Shown here piece after piece: positions 42,681-54,300 of a stretch of 64,000 nucleotides of DNA. The DNA lies in NCBI GenBank assembly GCA_035530515.1, contig DATKUO010000136.1, forward strand, positions 5,758 to 69,757, given 5' to 3'. The notes beneath the pieces are model-generated. The model saw only the letters and a list, made by a program, of their open reading frames with translations. It was not told where the DNA came from and ran no database searches. This DNA is from Bacteroidales bacterium. GTDB taxonomy: Bacteria; Bacteroidota; Bacteroidia; Bacteroidales; VadinHA17. The number at the start of each line of letters is the position of its first letter. Position 1 is the first letter of the stretch. The position numbers and the translations under genes were made by a program.

Positions 42681-43379
42681 TCATACACTTACATTCCCCT
42701 TTAACACTCTCTCTGTAAGAATTGCAATCCCGGTGGATGCTTTCTCCTTTATTACCTCTACTCTCCTGTTAACAGGAACAGCAACATCCTTAGGATCAAT
42801 GAGCCACAGAGATGCATTAGCAGGAGCAAAGTTGATAATTCCTGCTGCAGGATATACATTAAGTGACGATCCTACCACAACAAAGATATCCGCTTCGGAT
42901 GTTAGACTTACAGCTTCATCCATCATTGGTACATCTTCATGAAACCAGACAATATGAGGCCTTAGCTGGCTTCCCTTTTCACATGTATCCCCTTCATTAA
43001 TATCTTTATATCCTATATCATATACCAGATTATGATCCACCGTACTTCTTGCCTTGGTAAGCTCCCCATGAAGATATAATATATTTGAACTACCAGCTCT
43101 TTCATGAAGATCATCAATGTTTTGCGTAATGATCTGCACATTAAAATATTTTTCCAATGTGGCTAACCCTTTATGGCCATCGTTGGGTTCACAATCTGCC
43201 AGCTGCCTCCTCCGTTCGTTATAAAATCTCAGTACCAGTTCCCTGTTTTGCCGCCAGGCCATAGGTGTAGCAACCTCTGTTACATCATATTCCTCCCATA
43301 GCCCACCGGAATCCCTGAAAGTTTTAATCCCACTCTCTGAACTCATTCCGGCACCGGTAAGGATAATTAGCTTCTTCAT
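42681..43379 (-). CDS. cobB: NAD-dependent protein deacylase, Sir2 family
   Basis: 232 aa with ILTGAGMSSESGIKTFRDSGGLWE...ITQNIDDLHERAG...LHG. Confidence 0.85.
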   Translation of the reverse strand: MKKLIILTGAGMSSESGIKTFRDSGGLWEEYDVTEVATPMAWRQNRELVLRFYNERRRQLADCEPNDGHKGLATLEKYFNVQIITQNIDDLHERAGSSNILYLHGELTKARSTVDHNLVYDIGYKDINEGDTCEKGSQLRPHIVWFHEDVPMMDEAVSLTSEADIFVVVGSSLNVYPAAGIINFAPANASLWLIDPKDVAVPVNRRVEVIKEKASTGIAILTERVLKGNVSV

Positions 43380-43482
43380 TTATTAATAGTATTGAAAACT
43401 AACGTAAAGATAATTAATTATAACCTCAGTCATTAATCCTGATCCATATCAACGGATTAGAATGTTCTCTGTTGGGATTAAG

Positions 43483-43617
43483 GGATTGTTTCGTCCCGCT
43501 GCACGGGACTCGCAATGACACTGCAAGTAATAAAGGTATGTCTTTGGATCATCAGAGAATTATGTAAGATCCAAAGTCATTGCGAGGATCCGCCAGCAGG
43601 CGGAGACAAAGCAATCC
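43483..43617. repeat. Nested palindromic repeat, copy D (unit1 43483-43519, unit2 43576-43617)
   Basis: The units are ggattgtttcGTCCCGctgcaCGGGACtcgcaatgac and gtcattgcgaggaTCCGCCagcaGGCGGAgacaaagcaatcc. The spacer has a 9-bp perfect inverted repeat, ctttggatc/gatccaaag. Confidence 0.85.
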
Positions 43618-43657
43618 TTCACTCCAATTCTACCATTTATATTATTCCTAATTTTAC

Positions 43658-43665
43658 TATCTTTG
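43658..43665 (+). promoter_or_regulatory. Bacteroidota -7 promoter box for ileS
   Basis: tatctttg lies 46 nt upstream of the ATG at 43711. Confidence 0.45.
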
Positions 43666-43710
43666 TGCGAATTTTTTTCATAACACCAATAACAATAACT
43701 AATTGATCCA

Positions 43711-46700
43711 ATGGGGAAACGGTTTCCTGAATATAAAGGTCTTGATCTCTCGCAAGTAAACAAAGAGATCCTGAAAGTATGGGATGAAAATGATACTTTT
43801 CATAAAAGCATTCGTGAAGTAAACGGGAAAGGTGAGTTTGTGTTCTATGAGGGTCCACCTTCTGCTAACGGCATACCTGGTATTCACCATGTTATGGCCC
43901 GTACCATAAAGGATGCTATCTGCCGTTTTAAGACACAAAGTGGATATGAGGTAAAACGTAAAGCAGGATGGGATACCCATGGATTACCAGTTGAGCTTGG
44001 TGTGGAAAAATCTCTGGGCATCACAAAAGAAGATATTGGTACAAAAATATCGATTGAAGATTATAACAAAGCCTGCCGCACCGATGTAATGAAATACACC
44101 GACCTGTGGGAAGAGCTAACACGAAAAATGGGATACTGGGTCAACATGGACCATCCATACGTGACCTATGATAACCGCTATATAGAAACCTTATGGTGGC
44201 TGTTGAAACAACTATACTCAAAAGGATATCTATACCAGGGTTATACTATACAACCATATTCCCCTGCAGCCGGAACAGGATTAAGTTCACACGAACTTAA
44301 CCTGCCGGGATGCTACCGCGATATAAAAGACACAACCTGCATCGCTCTTTTTAAACTGATCAGGGATAATAAATCAGAATTCCTGTTTAATAATACCGAT
44401 ACTGCCGATGTACATATGATGGCTTGGACCACAACTCCCTGGACCCTCCCGTCAAACACCGCACTGGCCGTTGGAAAAGATATCGTATATATTAAAGTAC
44501 GAAGTTTCAATACCTATTCTGGCGATCCGATAACTGTAATCATTGCCAAAGAACTGCTTAATGCAATGTTTCCGGAATCGAATGCAGGACTTGATTTTTC
44601 AGAATATAAACCTGGTGATAAAAAGATACCTTTTAAAGTTCTCGATGAGTTCACTGGCTTGAAATTACAAGACATTAGCTATGAACAACTTATCGATTGG
44701 GTTAAGCCGGATGAAGGTGCGTTCAGGGTACTGACCGGCGATTTTGTCACAACCGAAGATGGTACAGGCATCGTACATATAGCTCCCACATTTGGAGCCG
44801 ACGACTACCGTGTTGCAAAAGAAAACGGAGTGCCTTCTCTTATTGTTAAGAGAAAAGATGGCTCTATGGGTCCGATGGTCAATAAACGTGGATATATGGT
44901 ACCTATTGCCGATCTTGACGAAATGTTTGTAAAACAGAGTGTTAATAAAATTACTTATAAAGGGTTTGAGGCTCGTCCGGTAAAAAATGAATATGCTGAC
45001 AACATTCCTGCAGATACTGAAACACTTGATGTCGATATTGCTGTCATGCTTAAACAGCAGGGTAAGGTATTCAGGATTGAGAAACAGGTTCACAGCTACC
45101 CTCATTGCTGGAGAACAGATAAACCGATCCTTTATTACCCACTCAATGCCTGGTTTATCCGTACAACAGCCTTCCGCGATCGCATGATCGAATTAAACAA
45201 TACCATTAACTGGAAACCTGCATCGACAGGGACAGGCAGATTTGGAAAGTGGCTCGAGAACCTTGTTGACTGGAACCTCTCACGTACCAGGTACTGGGGG
45301 ACTCCTCTTCCCATTTGGATAACCGAAGATAAAAAAGAGGAAAAATGTATTGGCTCCGCAGCGGAACTGAAATCTGAGATTGAAAAATCAATCAAAGCAG
45401 GCTTCATGAAGAAAAATCCTCTTGCAAAATTTACTGAAGGAGATAATTCACAGGAGAACTACGAAAATTTCGACCTGCACCGCCCGTTTGTTGATGATAT
45501 TTACCTTGTCAGCGATACAGGGGAAAAAATGTTCCGTGAGCCTGACCTTATAGATGGCTGGTTCGACTCAGGAGCAATGCCTTATGCCCAGGTACATTAT
45601 CCTTTTGAAAATAAAGATAATTTTAAAGAGATGTTCCCGGCTGATTATATTGCCGAAGGTGTTGATCAGACCAGGGGCTGGTTTTTTACACTTCATGCAA
45701 TTGCAACAATGATTTCAGACTCGGTTGCTTTCAAAAACATAATATCAAACGGTCTTGTCCTTGATAAGAACGGCAACAAAATGTCGAAGAGACTCGGAAA
45801 TGCAGTTGATGCTTTCTCCGCTATTGAAGAGAATGGATCTGATCCGTTGCGCTGGTATATGATAACCAACTCACAACCATGGGACAATCTTAAGTTCGAT
45901 TTTACAGGAGTGGATGAAGTTAAACGTAAGTTCTTCGGGACTCTCTACAATACCTATTCCTTCTTTTCACTCTATGCAAATGTTGACAATTTCAGGTATA
46001 CCGAAAAAGAAATCCCGGTCAATGAGAGACCTGAGATAGACCGCTGGATAATATCGTTGCTAAACTCACTGGTAAAAGAGGTCGGGAATTGTTATAATGA
46101 TTATGATCTGACCCGCGCAGGACGCGCTATCCAGGATTTTGTAACTGAAAACCTGAGTAATTGGTATGTTCGTCTCAACAGAAAACGTTACTGGGGAGGG
46201 GAATACGATAAGGATAAGCTTGCCGCATACCAGACGCTCTTTACCTGTCTTAAAACAGTTAGCCAGCTTGCCGCTCCAATAGCCCCATTCTATATGGACC
46301 GCCTGTTCCTCGATCTTAACAATACCACCGGCAAACATAAAGAAAGCTCTGTTCACCTTGTACTCTTCCCCGAATATGATGAATCTCTTATCGATATTGT
46401 TCTCGAAGAGAGGATGGATATTGCACAGAAAGTATCTTCAATGATCCTTGGATTACGCAGGAAAGTAAGCATTAAAGTCCGTCAGCCGCTGGCCAGGATA
46501 ATGGTTCCTGTTCCTGATAAATATTTCAGAAGTAAGTTTGAAGCAGTTAAAAATCTTATACTTGCCGAAGTCAATGTTAAACTGGTCGAGTATATTGACG
46601 ACACTTCAGCCATCCTGGTTAAGAAGATAAAACCCAATTTCAAGACACTAGGTCCAAGGTACGGTAAACTGATGAAAGAGATCAGCACTGCTATCTCTGC

Positions 46701-47148
46701 ACTAACAGCGCAGGAAATTGTTGCTTTTGAAACCAGCGGAAGTCATCCTGTTACCATCAATGGAGAAGAGGTAATTCTTACAACAGATGATGTTGAGATA
46801 GTATCTGAAGACATCCCCGGATGGCAGGTTGCCAACGAAGGCAAACTCACTGTTGCCCTTGATATTACGATCTCTGACGACCTTCGGTATGAGGGTATTG
46901 CCCGCGAGTTTGTCAACAGAATTCAAAATATCCGCAAAGAAAGCGGCTTCGATGTCACCGACAAAATAACTGTAAATATTGAAGATCATGAATTTGTCAG
47001 GGAAGCGGTTAAGAGACATGCATCATATATCGGCTCACAGACACTTTCTACGGAAGTTACCCTTTCAAAAAACATCTCAGGTGGCGGTGTGAGGGAAGTG
47101 GAGATTGATGAAGTTATCGTTAAGATCGAAATTAGGAGGAATAATTAA
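43711..47148 (+). CDS. ileS: Isoleucyl-tRNA synthetase (long, type-2 form)
   Basis: 1145 aa with the HIGH-type motif PSANGIPGIHHV, the KMSKS motif KMSKRLGN, and class-Ia editing/CP1 region patterns. Confidence 0.9.
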   Translation: MGKRFPEYKGLDLSQVNKEILKVWDENDTFHKSIREVNGKGEFVFYEGPPSANGIPGIHHVMARTIKDAICRFKTQSGYEVKRKAGWDTHGLPVELGVEKSLGITKEDIGTKISIEDYNKACRTDVMKYTDLWEELTRKMGYWVNMDHPYVTYDNRYIETLWWLLKQLYSKGYLYQGYTIQPYSPAAGTGLSSHELNLPGCYRDIKDTTCIALFKLIRDNKSEFLFNNTDTADVHMMAWTTTPWTLPSNTALAVGKDIVYIKVRSFNTYSGDPITVIIAKELLNAMFPESNAGLDFSEYKPGDKKIPFKVLDEFTGLKLQDISYEQLIDWVKPDEGAFRVLTGDFVTTEDGTGIVHIAPTFGADDYRVAKENGVPSLIVKRKDGSMGPMVNKRGYMVPIADLDEMFVKQSVNKITYKGFEARPVKNEYADNIPADTETLDVDIAVMLKQQGKVFRIEKQVHSYPHCWRTDKPILYYPLNAWFIRTTAFRDRMIELNNTINWKPASTGTGRFGKWLENLVDWNLSRTRYWGTPLPIWITEDKKEEKCIGSAAELKSEIEKSIKAGFMKKNPLAKFTEGDNSQENYENFDLHRPFVDDIYLVSDTGEKMFREPDLIDGWFDSGAMPYAQVHYPFENKDNFKEMFPADYIAEGVDQTRGWFFTLHAIATMISDSVAFKNIISNGLVLDKNGNKMSKRLGNAVDAFSAIEENGSDPLRWYMITNSQPWDNLKFDFTGVDEVKRKFFGTLYNTYSFFSLYANVDNFRYTEKEIPVNERPEIDRWIISLLNSLVKEVGNCYNDYDLTRAGRAIQDFVTENLSNWYVRLNRKRYWGGEYDKDKLAAYQTLFTCLKTVSQLAAPIAPFYMDRLFLDLNNTTGKHKESSVHLVLFPEYDESLIDIVLEERMDIAQKVSSMILGLRRKVSIKVRQPLARIMVPVPDKYFRSKFEAVKNLILAEVNVKLVEYIDDTSAILVKKIKPNFKTLGPRYGKLMKEISTAISALTAQEIVAFETSGSHPVTINGEEVILTTDDVEIVSEDIPGWQVANEGKLTVALDITISDDLRYEGIAREFVNRIQNIRKESGFDVTDKITVNIEDHEFVREAVKRHASYIGSQTLSTEVTLSKNISGGGVREVEIDEVIVKIEIRRNN

Positions 47149-47273
47149 CGGCACAACGTAATTTGGTTTTGCGAGCCCGACGAAGGAGGGCGTGGCAATC
47201 CCCAACTCCCATTAACCAATTAACCTATTTTACTTCCTGATTCCATTTCCACTTATTGCTAAAACAGTTTTAT

Positions 47274-47281
47274 TATATTTG
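47274..47281 (+). promoter_or_regulatory. Bacteroidota -7 promoter box
   Basis: tatatttg lies 18 nt upstream of the ATG at 47299. Confidence 0.45.
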
Positions 47282-47298
47282 TAGATAACATTTAAACT

Positions 47299-48240
47299 AT
47301 GAAACGTATTCTCGTCACCGGCGGTGCCGGATTTATCGGTTCCCACCTTTGTGAAAAGTTACTAAAAATGGGACATGAGGTGATCTGTCTCGACAACTAT
47401 TTCACAGGGTCAAAGATGAATATTGTCCATCTGCTTGATAATCCATTTTTTGAGGTGATCAGGCACGATGTTACCATGCCCCTTTTTGTTGAGACGGATG
47501 AGATTTATAATCTCGCCTGCCCGGCATCACCGATACATTATCAATACAATGGTATTAAAACAATAAAAACATCGGTGATGGGTGCTATAAACACTCTTGG
47601 TATGGCAAAAAGGACCAGGTCGAAGATCCTTCAGGCCTCAACCAGCGAAGTATATGGCGATCCTGAAGTGCATCCTCAACATGAAGGTTACCGGGGCAAT
47701 GTAAACACACTGGGACCCAGAGCCTGCTACGATGAAGGAAAAAGATGCGCCGAGACATTGTTTATGAACTACCACAATCAGAATAAGGTTCGTATAAAGA
47801 TCGCAAGGATATTTAATACATACGGGCCTCTGATGAATTCAAACGATGGCAGAGTAGTTTCCACCTTTATAGTTCAGGCACTGAAAGGAGAAGATATCAC
47901 AATCTTCGGCGACGGGTCACATACACGTAGCTTTCAGTATGTCGACGACCTTATCGATGGACTAATCCTCCTGATGGATACTCCTGATACCTTTACAGGA
48001 CCGGTAAACCTCGGAAATCCTGTTGAGGTTACTATTCGGTCTCTGGCTGATATGATTATTAAAATGACCGGCTCAAAATCAAAGATTGTCCATCTTCCTC
48101 TTCCGGAAGATGATCCACAACAACGTAAGCCTGATATTTCCCTTGCTATAAAAGAGTTAGGGTGGTCACCGAAGATTGGTACTGATATTGGTTTAGCGAA
48201 GACGGTGGCGTATTTCAGGAAGAAATTGAACCATGATTGA
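47299..48240 (+). CDS. UDP-glucuronate decarboxylase (UDP-xylose synthase-like SDR)
   Basis: 313 aa with [28 protein letters not shown] and catalytic YDEGKR. Confidence 0.8.
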   Translation: MKRILVTGGAGFIGSHLCEKLLKMGHEVICLDNYFTGSKMNIVHLLDNPFFEVIRHDVTMPLFVETDEIYNLACPASPIHYQYNGIKTIKTSVMGAINTLGMAKRTRSKILQASTSEVYGDPEVHPQHEGYRGNVNTLGPRACYDEGKRCAETLFMNYHNQNKVRIKIARIFNTYGPLMNSNDGRVVSTFIVQALKGEDITIFGDGSHTRSFQYVDDLIDGLILLMDTPDTFTGPVNLGNPVEVTIRSLADMIIKMTGSKSKIVHLPLPEDDPQQRKPDISLAIKELGWSPKIGTDIGLAKTVAYFRKKLNHD

Positions 48241-50179
48241 CCGTCCCACCATAGAACGTATTCTTGATGCTGCACAGATCGTTGATGTTGTGCAGGAATT
48301 CGTTCCCCTAAAGAAAAGAGGGGTTAACTACCTGGGATTATGCCCTTTTCATAATGAGAAGACACCTTCATTCACTGTGTCGCCTGCAAAGGAGATATTC
48401 AAATGCTTTGGTTGCGGTAAGGTTGGCAACTCCGTCAATTTTGTAATGGAGCATGAGCACCTAACCTACCCTGAGGCGTTAAAATACCTGGCAAAGAAAT
48501 ATCATATTGAAGTTGTTGAGAAAGAACTTAGCCGGGAAGAGATTGATAAACAGAATGTGAGAGAGAGCCTGCTCGTTGTAACAACATATGCAGCACGTCA
48601 GTTTACTGAAAATCTCTTCCAGTCTGACGAGGGGATATCAGTTGGCCTTACCTATTTCAAAGAGAGGGGCTTCAGACAGGATACCCTTAAAAAATTTGAA
48701 GTTGGCTATAGTTTTTATAAACGTGATGGTTTTTCAAAAAAGGCCCTGGATGATGGATACAAAAAGGACTTTCTTGTCAAAACCGGATTGTCTATTCAGC
48801 ATGAAGATCGCATCTTCGACAGGTTCAGTAGCAGGGTCATGTTCCCGATTCACTCACTCTCCGGACAGGTGCTCGGCTTCGGCGGACGAATTCTTAAAGC
48901 AGACCCAAAAAGTGCAAAATACCTCAACTCACCCGAATCGGAGATATACCATAAGAGCAGAATACTTTATGGTATATACCAGGCACGGAAAGCAATAACA
49001 CAAGAAGACCGTTGTTATCTTGTTGAAGGTTACACCGATGTGATGTCGCTTCATGAAGCAACCATCGAAAATGTAGTTGCCTCATCAGGTACCTCTCTTA
49101 CTCAGGAGCAAGTAAGGCTGATAAGAAGATTTACGCAGAATATTACTATCCTTTACGATGGCGATCCTGCAGGAATAAAAGCCTCTATCCGCGGAATCGA
49201 TCTTGTGCTGGAAGAGGGAATGAATGTTAAAATAGTCCTTCTGCCCGAAGGTGAGGACCCCGATTCTTTTTCGAAGAAGATAAGCAATGAAGAGTTTATA
49301 AAATTCCTGAAAGAAAACGAAACAGATTTCATCCGCTTCAAGACACAACTTCTTCTATCGGAATCTAATAACGACCCGGTGAGGAAAGCAGACCTTATAC
49401 GCGATGTTGTTAAGTCGATTGCAGTGATTCCTGAAGCAATAACCAGAACAGTATATATTAAGGAGTGTAGCACCGTCCTTGAGGTATCCGAGCCGATTCT
49501 TTATCATGAAGTAAATAAATTGAGGCAACAGAAAAACTTTCAGGACAGAAATAAATATCCGGGTCCGGAAGATCTTCCTGTTCCTCCACCGATAACCATT
49601 AAGCCTGTACAAAGCGAGACTATTGCCAGGTATTCAGAAAAAGAGATAATACGTTTGCTCTTGAAATTCGGTAGTGCGGAATTTGAAAGGTCTATAGCTA
49701 AAGAAGATGGCAAAGAGGAGGTTCTGACAGTATCTGATTATGTTGTCAGGGAAATTATTACTGACGATCTTTCATTTGATGACAGGGTGTGTGCAAAAAT
49801 CTTTGCTGATTTCCGGTTTCATGTCGAGCAGGGGCTAATTGCGGGAGATAAACAATTTGTTAAGCATGAAGATCCGGAGATTTCAAGCCTTGCAGCCGAC
49901 CTGCTTGCCGATTCTCATGAACTAAGCAGGATATGGAAAGATAAACAAACCTATGTTGAAACAGAGGATATGAAACTTAAGGAGATAGTTGGCGATGCTG
50001 TCCTTAAATTCAAAAGCGATAAGATCATTATTAAAAGAAAAGAGATCATGGCTCTTCTCGAGGGAGCTGTTAAAGCCAACGATACTGAAAAAGTGTTACA
50101 GTTACAAAAGAGGTATGCTAATCTGAATATGATCCTTGGGTTAATATCAAGGAAACTGGGAAACAGGATATTATTGTAA
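48233..50179 (+). CDS. dnaG: DNA primase
   Basis: 648 aa with the zinc ribbon [26 protein letters not shown] and the Toprim motifs VEGYTDV...YDGDPAG. Confidence 0.9.
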   Translation: MIDRPTIERILDAAQIVDVVQEFVPLKKRGVNYLGLCPFHNEKTPSFTVSPAKEIFKCFGCGKVGNSVNFVMEHEHLTYPEALKYLAKKYHIEVVEKELSREEIDKQNVRESLLVVTTYAARQFTENLFQSDEGISVGLTYFKERGFRQDTLKKFEVGYSFYKRDGFSKKALDDGYKKDFLVKTGLSIQHEDRIFDRFSSRVMFPIHSLSGQVLGFGGRILKADPKSAKYLNSPESEIYHKSRILYGIYQARKAITQEDRCYLVEGYTDVMSLHEATIENVVASSGTSLTQEQVRLIRRFTQNITILYDGDPAGIKASIRGIDLVLEEGMNVKIVLLPEGEDPDSFSKKISNEEFIKFLKENETDFIRFKTQLLLSESNNDPVRKADLIRDVVKSIAVIPEAITRTVYIKECSTVLEVSEPILYHEVNKLRQQKNFQDRNKYPGPEDLPVPPPITIKPVQSETIARYSEKEIIRLLLKFGSAEFERSIAKEDGKEEVLTVSDYVVREIITDDLSFDDRVCAKIFADFRFHVEQGLIAGDKQFVKHEDPEISSLAADLLADSHELSRIWKDKQTYVETEDMKLKEIVGDAVLKFKSDKIIIKRKEIMALLEGAVKANDTEKVLQLQKRYANLNMILGLISRKLGNRILL

Positions 50180-50255
50180 TAATATATAATAGCCGGTACC
50201 CTTCAGGGAGCAAAAACAATTTTTTCATTTCAACTCCTTAATCCATATTTATTGC

Positions 50256-50263
50256 TAAATTTG
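50256..50263 (+). promoter_or_regulatory. Bacteroidota -7 promoter box
   Basis: taaatttg lies 20 nt upstream of the ATG at 50283. Confidence 0.45.
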
Positions 50264-50282
50264 TTATGATAATTAAAAAATT

Positions 50283-51185
50283 ATGAGAATACTCATCTCC
50301 AATCTGATAATAATTTTATTATTAGTATCATTTTCCTGTAAGCCCGGACCTGTGGAGAAAGATACATTTAAGCCGGTATTTTCAACCTATAAATCAGATT
50401 CCACAGGAAAATTGATCCCGGAAGAAAAAAATGAGATCTTTTATGGCATCCTCACTCCTGTTGAGGTATGCGCAATTTTTAATAGACTTGGAGTTCCTTA
50501 CGATAATGCCATCCTAAACCCTATTTCAAGAAGAGATGAATACCTGAGCAGCTCAAAAGCCTCTATAAATACAGGGATCTATGGTGTTGACTTCGGATAT
50601 CTTAAAATATTCGGTATCGGTCAGGAGTTAATCGACTATATGGTGACAATTCGTGAAATGAGCAATAAACTGGGTATCCCCGATCGCTTCCTTACTGAAC
50701 CAATCAGACAGATACAGGGAGATATGGCTGATCCTGATACAATTGCGATCATCATGAATACGGCTTTCTATAGTATGGAGAACCATCTTCGTACCGAAGG
50801 TAAGGAGAGTACTGCCGGACTAATGATAATGGGAGGATGGGTTGAAGCGCTCTTCATCGCTACCCAGCTTCTTTATGATCCTGATAATCCGGATCCGGAA
50901 GTAGTACAAAAGATTGCCGAACAAAAATATACCCTCACCTCTCTTTTCAGCTTCCTGAAAAATTATTACGACGACCCGGTTGTTGTCTATTATACTAAAA
51001 AACTTAAATTTCTTCAAAGCTATTTCGACACCTTCGATATCTATTTTAAAAAAGGTGATCTTGAAATTGACACAACAAAGCAGGTTTTACTTTCATCAGG
51101 CAGCGAGATGACAGTAACTGTCGAAACCCTTAATAATATCCGCGACTACGTCTTGAAACTCAGGACTGAGATGGTAACTCCATAA
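50283..51185 (+). CDS. Hypothetical lipoprotein
   Basis: 300 aa with a signal peptide and Cys (LLLVSFSC). No family was recognised. Confidence 0.5.
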   Translation: MRILISNLIIILLLVSFSCKPGPVEKDTFKPVFSTYKSDSTGKLIPEEKNEIFYGILTPVEVCAIFNRLGVPYDNAILNPISRRDEYLSSSKASINTGIYGVDFGYLKIFGIGQELIDYMVTIREMSNKLGIPDRFLTEPIRQIQGDMADPDTIAIIMNTAFYSMENHLRTEGKESTAGLMIMGGWVEALFIATQLLYDPDNPDPEVVQKIAEQKYTLTSLFSFLKNYYDDPVVVYYTKKLKFLQSYFDTFDIYFKKGDLEIDTTKQVLLSSGSEMTVTVETLNNIRDYVLKLRTEMVTP

Positions 51186-51209
51186 AGGCATCAGGCATCA
51201 GGCATCAGG
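51186..51209. repeat. 7-nt tandem aggcatc x3
   Basis: It lies directly after the 50283-51185 stop codon and uses the same word family as the R elements and cassette 5 arms. Confidence 0.85.
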
Positions 51210-51303
51210 GAAGGGGTGAGTTCGTGGGAGAATAATAGATTTATTAAGGGGATAAACGCAATCCATTGACCACAGAATTAAAATAATTTCAAATCCCCCG
51301 ACT

Positions 51304-54300
51304 ATGAAAGCTGCAAAACTCATTTCTATATTTTTAGTCTTTATTCTGGTAACCTCTTGTGGTTCAAAGAATAAGAAAATTGTCCGTTCAGCAAAAGGTC
51401 AGTCTACAGAAACTAATCTAGCCAATATCCCGCTCGATAAAGGGTTCTCTGAATATATTTCGGGATACACTTCAGGTATTATTCCTGCAAATGGTTCAAT
51501 CGAAATCCGTTTTACTCCCGGATTTGCAGAAAAGGCCGGAAAGTCAACTTCCGGATTATTTGTTTTTGAACCTTCAATTAAAGGCAAGACTGAATGGAAA
51601 GATGAAACAACACTTGTCTTCACACCCTCCAGGTTGCTCAGCCCTGGGAAAACCTATTCAGGTAGTCTGAACCTGAATAAAATTGGAGAGGTGAAAGAAC
51701 GACTAAAAGTTTTTCCATTAAAGATCCAGACGCTTCGAAAAGATTTCCGTGTTAATATCGGGGCTCTGGAGTGTACTTCAACAGAAGAAAACAGCTATAT
51801 CCTGCATGGGGAGGTCGTTACTGCTGATGTTATTGATCCACGTGAAGCCGAAGACTACCTCCTGGCAAAACTTGGCAAGAAAAAGATGGGAGTTACCTGG
51901 GACCATTCCGTTAACCTCAGCCATAAATTCACCGTTACCGGTATTGAAAGGACTGACAAGCTTCAGGAGCTTACACTGACATGGGACGGCAATTCAGTAG
52001 GAGTTAAGCAAAAAGGATCATCATCTCTAAACATCCCACCTGCAGATGATTTCAGCATACTTGATATAATTACCTTCCCGGAAGAAAGCCAGAGAATAGA
52101 TCTGATCTTTTCTGACCCCATCGAGCCATCGCAGGAAACAGATGGTTTGATTTATTTTTCTCCCTCTTCGGAAGTAATCATAAATATCAACTCTAATATC
52201 GTAAGCATCTTCCCCGAAACACGGTTGCTCGGCATTGTCGAACTTAGTATTGAATCATCTATAAAAAACAATATAGGCTCAACCCTCTCTTCAACGGTTA
52301 AGAAAGAATTTGACTTTTCTGCCCTGCCCCCGGGCATAAAACTGGAGGGAAATGGAATTATCCTTCCCTCTTCACAAAACCTTATCTTTCCTTTTAAAGC
52401 TGCTAATCTTAAAGCAGTCGACCTTAAGATAATCAAGATATTTGAGAACAACCTTCCTTATTTTCTCCAGGACTACGATATCAATGGCGGCTACTCTGTG
52501 AAAAAATTCGGAAGCCCTGTTTTCTCCGGAAGAGTTGATCTTGTTTCCGGATCAGGAAATAATAACAACTCATGGAACCTTTATACAATCGATCTGGCCG
52601 ACTATATCGATGTTGAGCCCGGGGTCCTTTACAAAGTATACCTGGGAATGAGAAGATCATATTCTCTTTTCCCATGTAACGGTACAGAGGAAGAGAGCAA
52701 TTATGAGGAACTGCTGCTGCAGGCAGAGGATCAGAGCCGTGAGCTTTGGGACGATCCTGATAATTATTATGAAGATAGTGAAGATGAAGTCTATTATTCC
52801 TTCGGATTCGACTGGAATGATCGCAATGACCCATGTAAAGATGCATATTTCAGTCCCAATAAAAGAGTTTCAAGAAATGTCCTGGCATCAAACTTCGGGC
52901 TGATAGCAAAAATGGGGGATGACAATATTATGCATCTCATGGTAAATGATCTTCTTACTGCAATGCCGGTAAATGAGGTTAAAGTTGATATTTATGACTA
53001 CCAGATGCAACTGATTATTTCGGGAATAACAAACCAGGATGGATCAGTAGCACTCTTTTGCCAGAAAAAACCATTCCTGGTGATTGCTACGAAAGATAAA
53101 GACCGTAATTACCTTAAAACCAACGATGGCTCTTCTCTGTCACTTAGCTCTTTCGATGTTACCGGTACCAGACCGGAAAATGGGATTAAAGCATTTATAT
53201 ATGGAGAAAGAGATGTATGGAGACCTGGAGATTCAATTTTCCTTTCCATCTTCATTAAAGATATGAAAAGCGATCTGCCTCCCGACCACCCCGTTCAATT
53301 CGAACTTATTAACCCTCTTGAACAGAGAGTGGATAACCAGGTGAAGAAACCTGAAGGGTACAACTTGCTGACTTTCAATACTAAAACATCATCAGATGCT
53401 GTCACAGGAAATTATAAAGCTCAATTCAGGATTGGGGGAGCAACATTTACAAAAAGAATACGGATTGAGACCATCAAGCCTAACAGGCTAAAAATAAACC
53501 TTAATTTCCCTGGTGAAATACTTGGCGGGTCAAATCCTGTTAGCAAAGGAGCCCTCAATGTAAAATGGCTTAACGGCGCTGTTGCAAAAAAACTAAAATC
53601 ATCTGTTGAATATATCCTGAAACATACGAAAACAGAATTTGAAAAATACAGACAATATATCTTTGATGACCCGGTAAAAGAATTCTATTCCGAATCTGTC
53701 AATATTTTTAACGATGCAGTTGATGAAAACGGTGATGCAGCTATCATTTTTGATCCGGAGAAAGAGAATCATGCTCCCGGTATGCTAAATGCCGTTTTCA
53801 CTGCCAGAGCATCCGAACCGGGTGGTGATGAAAGTATAACCCAGGCAACATATAAATATGCACCATATCCGGTGTTCGTAGGAATAAACCTCCCCGGACT
53901 TAAGGGAAAAAGCAGAATGCTTTTTACTGATGATGATAACGAGGTTAAAGTAGTTACTGTCGATGAAAATGGGAAACCATTGAACTCGGAGGTTGAAATA
54001 ATCATCTACAAAATATCTTACAGATGGTGGTGGGAATCAGACCAGGAAAATATTGCATACTATATTTCAAATAATATTTACAAACCGGTTATAAGAAAAA
54101 CTCTTCTTACACAGGATGGGGACGCTTCCTTCTCATTTAAGATTGATAGAAAAGAGTGGGGCCGATACCTGATAAGAGCAATAACACCTTCGGGCCATTC
54201 AACCGGGAAAATTTTACTTATCGACTGGCCATGGGAGTACGGGATGAAAGGAAACACAGATGGCGCTACTCTCCTTACTATCAATACCAATAAGGAAAAA

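Noticed and set aside
43620-43710. T-box or attenuator leader upstream of ileS
   Set aside because: The leader between the promoter box and the ATG is only about 40 nt and has no specifier or antiterminator structure.
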